A DNA stretch of 64,000 bases from Eledone cirrhosa. Taxonomy: Eukaryota. The stretch is from assembly GCA_964016885.1 (NCBI GenBank), contig OZ024748.1:58280001-58344000 (forward strand), given 5' to 3'. The notes beneath the pieces were generated by a model, which did not search any database, was not told where the DNA came from, and was given only the letters and a program-made list of their open reading frames with translations. The stretch's first letter is position 1. Each line of letters starts with the position of its first letter. The position numbers and the translations under genes are program-made. Shown piece by piece: positions 54,009 through 64,000 of the stretch.

Positions 54009-54102
54009 ACCCCGACAGCTGAGCTCAAGCCGTTTCGACGGCTAATTCTGGACTAAATGAACATTTATCCTGGTATTTAAATAGCCGATCTTCTCAAGGG
54101 GT
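54009..54102 (-). ncRNA. extended type I hammerhead, U3-A8 core
   Basis: Inverse copy of 55774-55867. Confidence 0.78.
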
Positions 54103-55773
54103 AATTCCATATATGGTCAAAGTGATTGTCAAAAATCGGTAGTAATTCTGTGGTTGCAAATTAGTAGGGGAGATAGTGGCTAAACCTGCCAGTAGGAGAA
54201 AGAGGGGAGGGGGTGGAGTAGACCCAATCAAGCGTTGGTAGTGCCAGCTACAGCTGGGCATGAGGTCAAAGAAGATACAGGGGAGGGGGAGGGGGAGGAA
54301 GTCGGAACGGTAGGTAGAACAATGGGGGGTAGAAATAGGAAAGAAAAAATACTGAGAGTGAAGAAAAGCAAATAAGTGTAAAGAAAAAATTAAATTCTAC
54401 GACCTAGGTGTCAGGCTATTGTAGGCGAGAATAAAATAAAGAAAGAAAGAAAGAAGTAAATAAATAAATAAATAAATAAATAAGGAAATAAGTAAAAGAA
54501 CTAGGTGGGACGAATTAGGCAAGGACCCTTTTAAGAGGTATAAGTACGTAAATGATACGGTGACTGGTCAACAAAAGGGGCCAAAATACTAAAGAGACTA
54601 CCACGAAATAAACAATAAAGGTTTCCATCCCGGGCCAGCAACGACCCAGTGCAGCAAAGTGAACTTGTACGACATAATAATTCTGAGTCCCGAGAAAAAT
54701 ATATACTAATGCTAACTCTAAAAGATCTAAAACAAGCTACATGAGAGTTCGTACGAAATAAAGGTAGAATACGGAGAAATAAATTCAGAATCCACCCCGC
54801 CCAGAAGAAAAGCGAAGCAAGAAATACTGAAACGAAAAAAATAAGGCATAAGTGCCACTAAGAAATATAGAGGGCACAGAGAATAGTGGGAGCGGTCGGA
54901 AAAGGGGGGCAAGTATCCGGGGTCTAAGCCAACTGCTATAAAGGGCGGAGTCCGCCAAATCTATCAAAGACTAGGGGAGGGGGGAGTGGGGGTACTAAGG
55001 CTACATGGGGCCAGAGGGCAGCCTCGGGTGGGCGAGAAAAGACGCCGACAAAGGAGAAAAGCTGGGGTAGAAGGACAAAGGAGAGAGGGGGGAAGGAAAT
55101 AAAGGAAGCGATAAAAGAATACAAAGAAGATCTTACGTCTTCCTTGGCAAGCAGGGGTTACCCATTGCAAAATCGGCAACTGGGGTGTTATAGCCCTAGT
55201 CTACCCCCCCGGGTCATTATGGGGTTTGAGGGCGAGGTAAGTCCTACGCAATCTATGTTTACATGCAGTAACCAGTTCATCTTTCTTGTTTAGGAGTTGG
55301 TCCGTTGACCAGTCACCGTATCATTTACGTACTTATACCTCTTAAAAGGGTCCTTGCCTAATTCGTCCCACCTAGTTCTTTTACTTATTTCCTTATTTAT
55401 TTATTTATTTATTTATTTACTTCTTTCTTTCTTTCTTTATTTTATTCTCGCCTACAATAGCCTGACACCTAGGTCGTAGAATTTAATTTTTTCTTTACAC
55501 TTATTTGCTTTTCTTCACTCTCAGTATTTTTTCTTTCCTATTTCTACCCCCCATTGTTCTACCTACCGTTCCGACTTCCTCCCCCTCCCCCTCCCCTGTA
55601 TCTTCTTTGACCTCATGCCCAGCTGTAGCTGGCACTACCAACGCTTGATTGGGTCTACTCCACCCCCTCCCCTCTTTCTCCTACTGGCAGGTTTAGCCAC
55701 CATCTCCCCTACTAATTTGCAACCACAGAATTACTACCGATTTTTGACAATCACTTTGACCATATATGGAATT

Positions 55774-55867
55774 ACCCCTTGAGAAGATCGGCTATTTAAA
55801 TACCAGGATAAATGTTCATTTAGTCCAGAATTAGCCGTCGAAACGGCTTGAGCTCAGCTGTCGGGGT
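55774..55867 (+). ncRNA. extended type I hammerhead, U3-A8 core
   Basis: ACCCC TTGAGAA GA(t)CGGCTA [long loop] TAGCCGTC GAAA CGGCT tgagctc AGCTG TC GGGGT. Confidence 0.78.
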
Positions 55868-55882
55868 CTTACTGGTTCCTAT

Positions 55883-56825
55883 ATTATATATATATATATA
55901 TTATATTATATATATTATATATATATATATATTATATTATATATATTATATATATATATATTATATATATATATATATTATATATATATATATTATATAT
56001 ATATATATTATATTATATATATATTATATTATATATATATTATATTATATATATATTATATTATATATATATTATAATATATATATATTATATTATATAT
56101 ATATTATATTATTTATATATTATATTATATATATATTATATTATATATATATTATAATATATATATATTATATTATATATATATTATATTATATATATAT
56201 TATAATATATATATATTATAATATATATATATATTATATTATATATATATTATATTATTTATATATTATATTATTTATATATTATATTATATATATATTA
56301 TATTATATATATATTATATTATATATATATCATATTATATTATATATATATTATATTATTTATATATTATATTATTTATATATTATATTATTTATATATT
56401 ATATTATATATATATATGTTATATTATATATATATTATATTATATATATATTATATTATATTATTTATATATTATATTATATATATGTTATATTATATAT
56501 ATATTATATTATATTATATATATATTATATTATATTATATATATATTATATTATATATATATTATATTATATATATATTATATTATATATATATATTATA
56601 TTATATATATATATTATATTATATATATATTACATTATATATATATATTATATTATATATATATATTATATTATATATATATTATATTATATATTTATAT
56701 ATATTATATTATATATATATATTATATTATATATATATATTATATTATATATGTATATTATATTATATATATATATTATATTATATATATATATTATATT
56801 ATATATATATTATATATATATATAT
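55883..56825. repeat. TATTA-rich AT satellite
   Basis: Direct reading. Confidence 0.98.
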
Positions 56826-56876
56826 GTGTTAAGGCAGCACATATCGCTGTAGTTACCGCATATAGATAACTGACAC

Positions 56877-58760
56877 AACAGATTCCTACAAAAACTCCGT
56901 AACAACTTAACAGACTATGATAACACCAATGACATCATGGTGCACTCGAATAAAACTGGTAGCCTCTACTTCGTCAACCCCGACAGATACCACACACTGA
57001 TCAGGAGCAGCCTAAACTCCACCTATCAAAAGGCTAACCACTCAAGCATCGAGGACATAAATCGAGATGAAAAACAAATTACCTCCAGCTTCGGGGTCGC
57101 CGACCACACGAAGCCCCTAGACCCACGGACACCCTACTTCACACTAAAGGACCACAAATCCGATTTCGACCGTAAACCATCTATCAGGCTTATAAACCCA
57201 ACGAAGTCCGACATAGGGAGAATCAGTAAAAAAAACCTAGACCGCGTTATGCCAAAAGTTAATCAAAACGCCAGACTTAGCCTATGGGTCAACACCCAGA
57301 AAGTAATCTCATGGTACAGCAATATGGAGGACAAACGAGACACAAAATTCATCCAGTTTGACATAGAGAGTTACTATGCTTCAATTACTTTACCACTCTT
57401 TACGGCCCTCTTGGACTTTGCCGAGACACTTGCGCCCATCACTGACCAGGAAAGAAATATCATCCTCCACGCCAGGAAGACGGTCCTACTTTTAGACAAC
57501 TCCAAGTGGATAAAGAGAGCTCCCGACTCCCCCTTCAACGTCAGTATGGGCGCGAGGGATTCGGCTGAGGTCACAGATCTTATAGGATTTTTCCTACTAG
57601 TTAAAACCACCGATATATTTCCTGCATTCGGCGGTGGATTTTACCGTGATGATGGGCTCCTTACCCTTAAAGAGTACAACCCCAGTAGTACAGACCGGGT
57701 CCGTAAACAATTAATCACCTTCTTCCGCGACTGGGGATTTAAAATAACCCTACAAACGTCCCTAACCCGAGTAAACTTCCTGGGCGTTACACTTTACCTC
57801 GATAATGACCTATACTACCCATACAGGAAACCCAACAACAACCTGCATTACATCCACCGCCGGTCAAACCATCTTAGAAAGATCACCAATAATCTGGTTA
57901 AAAACGTCTCCCTCCGCATATCTCGTATGACCGTTAATGAGCAGATATTCGAGGAACATGCGCCTTATTACAACCAGGCCCTCAAGCGGAGTGGTTTCCG
58001 GGAGGAAATACCCTACTGTCCAGCTTCCATTAGCAGAACCAGCAGGCGACACCGCCGCTCACGCAACGTAACATGTTTCAATCCTCCCCACAACTCCGAG
58101 GTGACAACATCTATCGGGAAAATTTTCTTTAGGCTCACCGAAAAACACTTCCCACTACAACACCGCTACCACAAGATAATCAACAAAAATACCATCAAAC
58201 TCTCCTACAGCACCACACCTAACTTTGCACAAAACATCGTCTCCTTTAACAACAACAAACTCAACCCCTATGGAAAAAATAACCTAAATAGCAGTGGAGA
58301 GCCGACCACGAGGTGCAACTGTCCTGATGGATCCATTTGCCCCCTCGACAACAGATGCAGAGATCGTAATGTGATCTACCAGTGCAACCTGAGGACGGAC
58401 ACCTCCAACAAAGCTTATATAGGATTAACTGCTTGTGACTTCAAGACCCGGCTCTACCAACACAGACATACTTTCCGAAACCCGGCCCGGCGTCACGCCA
58501 CCACACTTTCAGTCCACATGTGAGACCTCAAAGATAACAATATAACCTATGATCTCACTTGGAGCTTACTGTCCAGAGCCAACTCTTACACGGGAGGACG
58601 CCGTCCGTGTAATTTATGCTCGGAGGAAACATTACAAATGGTGTTTTCGACGGACCAACTCCTAAACAAGAAAGACGAACTGGTAACTGCATGCAAAAAC
58701 AGATTGCGTAGGACCTACCTCGCCCTCAAACCCCATAATGACCCGAGGGGAGCGGGGTGA
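56877..58760 (+). pseudogene. PLE RT plus GIY-YIG polyprotein with one premature stop (58521)
   Basis: TLKDHK..RLINPTKSDIGRISK, QFDIESYYASI, MGARDSAEV, YRDDGL, NFLGVT, CNCPDGSICPLDNRC (CxCx5Cx5C), VIY..YIG and CNLCSEE. The frame continues past the TGA, which is Trp in the 24.9 kb copy. Confidence 0.92.
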
Positions 58761-59359
58761 CACGGTCAGTAACACCCCACTTGCCGACTTTGTAATGGGT
58801 AACCCCTGCTTACAAAGGTAGACGTAAGATTTTCTTATATATTTTTTATCGTTTCTTCTATATTTCCTTCTTTCCCCCATCCCTTCCTAGTCCTTCCACC
58901 CCAGTTCTCCTTCTTTGTCGTCGTCCTTTTCACTTTCTCGCCCATCCCGAGGCAGCCCTTAGATCCTTTGTAGCCTCAGTACCCCCACCACATCCCCTAT
59001 TCTATGATAGAATTGGACGACTCCGATTTTTATAGCAGATGTGATAGACCCCAGATACTTGCTTCCTCATCCGATTGCTGCCCCATTTCCGTGCTTTCTA
59101 GATTTCCTAGTGGTATCTCTGCTTTAGTTTCTCGTATATCAATATTTATTTTTTTGGGGGGGTGGGGGTGGGGGTTTTGAGGATTCTGAATTAATTTTTC
59201 GTATTAAATTTTTCATATATATCGTACGAGCATTTATCTAGTTTGTATTAGAATTTATGTATCGTAGCGGCACTCTTATATATCGTATTAGTATTCATTT
59301 TCGGGATTCTGAATTATTATTTGGTATTAGTTTCGGGACTCTGAATTATTAGTTCGTAG

Positions 59360-59547
59360 GGCGGTGGATTGGTAATATCGGTAGAGGGTCGGACGCAATG
59401 CTTTCCAGCATAGTTAAGTCCCTTTACGATCTGAGTTCAAATCCCGCCGAGGTTGACTTTGCTTTTCATCCTTACGGGTCGATTAAATAAATTACTACTA
59501 ATGCACTGAGTAATTGCTGGCCTTGTGCCTAAAGAAGAAACTATTAT
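59360..59547 (+). mobile_element. full-length SINE nested in the PLE 3' UTR
   Basis: Same SINE family; flanked by a TTCGTAG direct repeat (59353-59359, 59548-59554). Confidence 0.92.
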
Positions 59548-60062
59548 TTCGTAGTAGTTTCTTTAGTATTTTGGCCCCCTACATGTTGACCTGTCACTGT
59601 AAGATAGATTTTGACGATTAATACTAACTCATAAAATTCTTCCACTACAATCTCGTATTTAGTATTCCGTCCCACCTATTAAACTTTTCTTTAGTTTATC
59701 AGTACCAGTGAGAGACTTGATAATTGTGGTAGGGGAATAGTAACCAGAAATTGTCTTTTTTTTTATATTTTTAACATTTTTATTATTCTTCTATATATTT
59801 ACTCCATATTGATTTACTTATTGTTTCGACTTCCTCCCCCTCTCCCTCCCTAGTATACTTCTCTTGACCTCTTATCCTTAGGATCCTGCTGTAGTTCGCA
59901 CTATCAACGCACGACAGGGTTTCTCCACTCCCTCTATCCCTTTCTTCTACTGGCAAGTTTAGCTACCCCTTCCTTCCACAAAATGTCATGATAGAATTAT
60001 GTGTCTCAACAACAAACTTTTGACCAATCCTTGTGACAATCACTTTTACCATATATGGAATT

Positions 60063-60158
60063 ACCCACTGAGAAGCTCGGCTATTCATGTACCAGGATAA
60101 ACATTTTCATTTAGTCCAGAATTAGCCGTCGAAACGGCTTGAGCTCAGCCGTCGGGGT
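60063..60158 (+). ncRNA. extended type I hammerhead (core CUGAGAA in this copy)
   Basis: ACCCa CTGAGAA Gc TCGGCTA..TAGCCGTC GAAA CGGCT tgagctc AGCCG TC GGGGT. Confidence 0.7.
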
Positions 60159-60249
60159 CCTACTCGTTCCTATTACCCAATCTACTACCCTAAGTAATGA
60201 GTACTTTGGTGCGTTATGGTCCATCTGGTTCCTTACCACATTTCTTTCG

Positions 60250-60295
<46 letters not shown>

Positions 60296-60519
60296 CAGTT
60301 GAAAATTGCAAACTTGACTGTCACCACACATTATGATCCTGAAGATTGCGAAAGCATTAAAGTACTTGTTCAATTAACACTTAACAATTAATATTCTATC
60401 ATACTATTTCATTATAATACCATTATAAATTTTAAAGGATTGTAAATAAAACTAGTAAATCAGACAAAGTTGGAATTCCTCTTATTAATATAATCTTCTA
60501 TACACAATCATACACACCC

Positions 60520-60601
<82 letters not shown>

Positions 60602-60810
60602 TTGTGTGGGGTGCATATATACATACATATGCACGAGTGTTTCATAACCATTTATAATTATATTTCCCTGTAATAATCGTATCGATATTTTATTTCTATT
60701 GTACCCTGTACAGTATTGACATTATCTTTGTTTATCATATATTTGTTGAAATAAGATTCATACATCCACTTCAGCAACTACAACGCTGTCATTATTATTT
60801 ATTTCACCCT

Positions 60811-61002
60811 CGGTGGATTGGCAGTATCGTTAGAGGGTCAGACGCCATGTCTTGCAGCATAGAATTACAGCCCTTTGTGGTCTGAGTTCAAATACCGCCG
60901 AGGTTAACTTTGTCTTTCATCCTTACGGGGTCGATAAAATAAAGTACCAGTAATACACTGGAATAATTGCTGGCCTTGTGCTTAAAGTATAAACAATTAT
61001 TA
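60811..61002 (+). mobile_element. full-length SINE
   Basis: Matches the 42758 copy throughout. Confidence 0.92.
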
Positions 61003-61290
61003 TTTCTTTCACCCACCCACGAAGAACGGAATTCTTATCAAAATAGCATTAGTATTATTATTATCATCAACAAGATTATCATTATTGCTCAAAGCGCCAT
61101 AGTCAAAAGAGATGTTCAATGCATAGACATCAACAAGGGTAATATATATTCGAGACATTTCTCTTTTCATGTGTAATTTGTTTGTATTTTATCATTAACC
61201 CTTCATATACATATATTAACAATACTTTCGAGAATAATCTGCAAAGAAAAATTGTTTTTAAATTGGTCGAATTAGGATGCACAATTAATG

Positions 61291-61332
<42 letters not shown>

Positions 61333-61520
61333 ATACTTGGGGAGGGTCATATTTGTGTAATATTACCAGAATTAATAACAGAACGCACTAACTGTTTGGT
61401 TGGTTTTCGCATTTCGATTCTGTGTCTTTTATATCGGTAATCTAATTTATTCGGTCCTCAATGTTGCCATTGACTGACCGACGGTCAAAAATAATACAGA
61501 TACAATAAAGACACAAACAA

Positions 61521-61540
61521 ATATATATATATATTTAATA

Positions 61541-61597
<57 letters not shown>

Positions 61598-61606
61598 CTT
61601 AATGCG

Positions 61607-61640
<34 letters not shown>

Positions 61641-61681
61641 TTATATATATAAATATATATATATCTATATATATATCGTAT

Positions 61682-61754
<73 letters not shown>

Positions 61755-61773
61755 TATTAAATATATATCGTAT

Positions 61774-61814
<41 letters not shown>

Positions 61815-61843
61815 TATTAAATATATATATATATATATCGTAT

Positions 61844-61890
<47 letters not shown>

Positions 61891-61893
61891 TAT

Positions 61894-61946
<53 letters not shown>
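61521..61946. repeat. (TA)n with recurring CGTATTAA spacer
   Basis: At least six ATCGTATTAA units on +, plus inverted TTAAT(A/G)CGAT units upstream. Confidence 0.9.
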
Positions 61947-61948
<2 letters not shown>

Positions 61949-62329
61949 TTAATAAGCTATATATACATATTTGTTTTTGATTAGCAATAACATTTCAGAC
62001 ACAACATGTCAAAACAATGTGTCTTCAGCTGTTTTGAAGTAAATATTTTTCTCTACTGTTAACACAAGGCCACCAATTTACAGGGAAAGAAGAAGTATTT
62101 TAAATCGACCCCAGTGTGTTATAGATTTGTTATGAATAATGAAAATCAATGTTGTTGGCAACGGCAATACTCCTTAGAGTATGAGAAGTATACTATAAAA
62201 CAATCTTAGACATAAATGTTTGTTTTTATTAAATTAATTTTTAGCAATATATCATTTTAAGATTGCATGTTTTTCTTTTCGTATCTTCGAAGCATGTGGT
62301 TATATGACAGTTTCCCATTTCTTTGCATT

Positions 62330-62512
62330 TTGGCAGTATCGGTAGAGGGTTGGACGCCATCCTTTCTATCATAGTTACGTCTCTTTACGGTTTGAGTACA
62401 AATCCCGCCAAGGTTAACTTTGCCTTTCATCCTTACGGGGTCGATAAAATAAAGTACCAGTAATGCACTGGGTATTTGTTGGCCTTGTGCCTAAAGTAGA
62501 AACAATTATTAT
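62330..62512 (+). mobile_element. SINE copy
   Basis: Matches the 42758 copy. Confidence 0.92.
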
Positions 62513-62680
62513 TAAATTCTGCGACATCTTTTAAGCTGCACTGGTTGGGTACAAGAGGGCAAAAAAGGCAGTGCTGCATCGTGTGGTCCTCCTCTCCGCA
62601 TTCGCTGATGGTTGAGTCGGTTTTGTAGCCCCATCTGGCCATAGCAGCCTTTCATCGCCCCATTCCTGTTCTAAGATTAC
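62513..62680 (-). mobile_element. 3' fragment of a Vingi/Ingi-like LINE (C-terminal Cys/His region)
   Basis: LRTGMGR*KAAMARWGY..ECGEEDHTMQHCLFCP..CSLKDV. Confidence 0.7.
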
Positions 62681-64000
62681 ATGAAGCGAGATCATGTGAA
62701 AGAACAGTTCCCGTTTCATGTTTGAGAATGATAATTCAACTAAATCTTGCCGAAAAGATATATAATGCGATAGATGTCGGGTTGGCCCACACTAGTTTCT
62801 ATATTTGTAGAATTTGTATGCTATCTGTGAATATCTGTTTTGCTCTAAATATCGTATATATTGCTTGTTGTCTCAACTGGATCAAGGGTATAAGATTGCA
62901 TTACTGATGTCATATAGATATACATGGTGTACAGGGAAGAAACACTATTCAATCAGATTTATGAAGTAAAATCAAAGGCTCTGTGGTATATAATTTGAGG
63001 TATATATTCAGCGAATTCAATCCATATCGGTCTATGTATTGCACTGTAATCTATTCTTCGTCGAAAATGGTTTTCGATTGCAGCTTGATCTCGCGTTCTA
63101 TTTTCATCAGAAGATATCGAATTATTGGATCTTATTTGGACGGGCTTCGCTAATATATGAAGATAATAACTCTAGGATCTTATATCATGAACGCAGGGAA
63201 GACATGTTGAGTAAATCAAAATGCACTCGTTTTAAGACACTTCCCTTTGGTAACATCTAATTATATATTCCTTTACCTTCAACCACCGGCATGTCACATG
63301 TAAACGTTATACACATAATGGGCATGTCCATATATAGTAATGGCTAAACAGTGTAACGTTTAATATTTTATTATTCACCGAGTGTACTATATTATTGTCA
63401 TTCATCTCTCAATATGGTTGAACACATAACTCCTTGATACATGAAATCTACCTTATAATTCCTCGATATCTAAAGCAGTCGAACAATGTAACGAATAAAA
63501 CAATGCTTGATCACGTGATAAATGTTCTGACTAAGAAACGGAGCATTTCTTTTCTTTAGTTATAATCCCTTATACAAATAATAAGAAAAATATATCATTC
63601 ATATTGTGAGGCAATCAGTATTTCATTTTCCGACAATCAAAAGTTATCTAATGTTATAGGGAAAAAAATCAATATTTCTGTTTCCGAAAAATCACACACA
63701 CTTGATTGTTTTCCTTGTCGAGACTTGTGAGAACATACATTAATTTCCTGTATAAAAAGAGAAATAATGATCTACTACTATATACATTTGATATTGTTGA
63801 AGAGAAACGGAACGTGTACACACGCTCCTAAAGTTGTCATTTGCAGAACTACAGTTATATCAAATATGTGGGTGCTATTATATAAATAAGAGGATGCTAT
63901 TCTTCTGAATAACGTATATAAAGAAGTATATTACTTTCAAATACAGGGAATACAAGGTCATGATAACTTTTGGTCTATCTTTGTGTATAGCAACTATTAG

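Larger units (their letters stand above)
53917..55882 (-). mobile_element. young 5'-truncated Hydra-type PLE with inverted upstream pLTR
   Basis: The minus strand carries the ORF end (DQLLNKKDELVTACKHRLRRTYLALKPHNDPGG*) and 3' UTR. Arms 53994-54572 and 55304-55882 are 579 bp each, with one mismatch seen. Confidence 0.93.
56855..60250 (+). mobile_element. 5'-truncated Hydra-clade Penelope-like element with 1.5 kb 3' UTR/pLTR, flanked by TA satellite
   Basis: RT and C-terminal endonuclease ORF, terminal hammerhead, 3' end TTTCGT|(TA)n. Confidence 0.92.

Noticed and set aside
58521-58523. In-frame TGA as selenocysteine (known in some Naiad PLEs)
   Set aside because: The sister copy has TGG (Trp) here, not Cys, so this is an ordinary nonsense mutation. 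The element also has a C-terminal endonuclease, unlike Naiads.
63070-63115. Minus-strand CTGATGA...GAAA
   Set aside because: No pairing for helix II; the region may be a very decayed RTE-like RT, too weak to call.

Overview
AT-rich animal genomic DNA with no confidently identifiable host gene. The SINE repertoire and very long (TA)n tracts suggest an octopod cephalopod, but that is inference. There is one 200-N assembly gap. About 13 kb is interrupted (TA)n satellite, which explains all the long Tyr/Ile ORFs as artefacts. The rest is mostly retroelement debris: two CR1-type LINE fragments; CRE-like and Vingi-like LINE ends; many tRNA-derived SINE copies; and at least two coding Penelope-like element (PLE) families. 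One is Hydra-type (RT plus GIY-YIG with a CxCx5Cx5C linker) and one is Neptune-type (GIY-YIG region). The most notable signal is about 18 type I hammerhead ribozyme motifs from roughly ten unrelated sequence contexts, most 50-200 nt before a (TA)n junction. Three contexts have a non-canonical U3-A8 core (UUGANAA) that CUGANGA searches would miss. These ends come with stereotyped fold-back inversions, apparent cross-family chimeric 5' ends, and a small tRNA-like tandem element with PLE-style architecture. All structures were read by eye; none was computed or tested.
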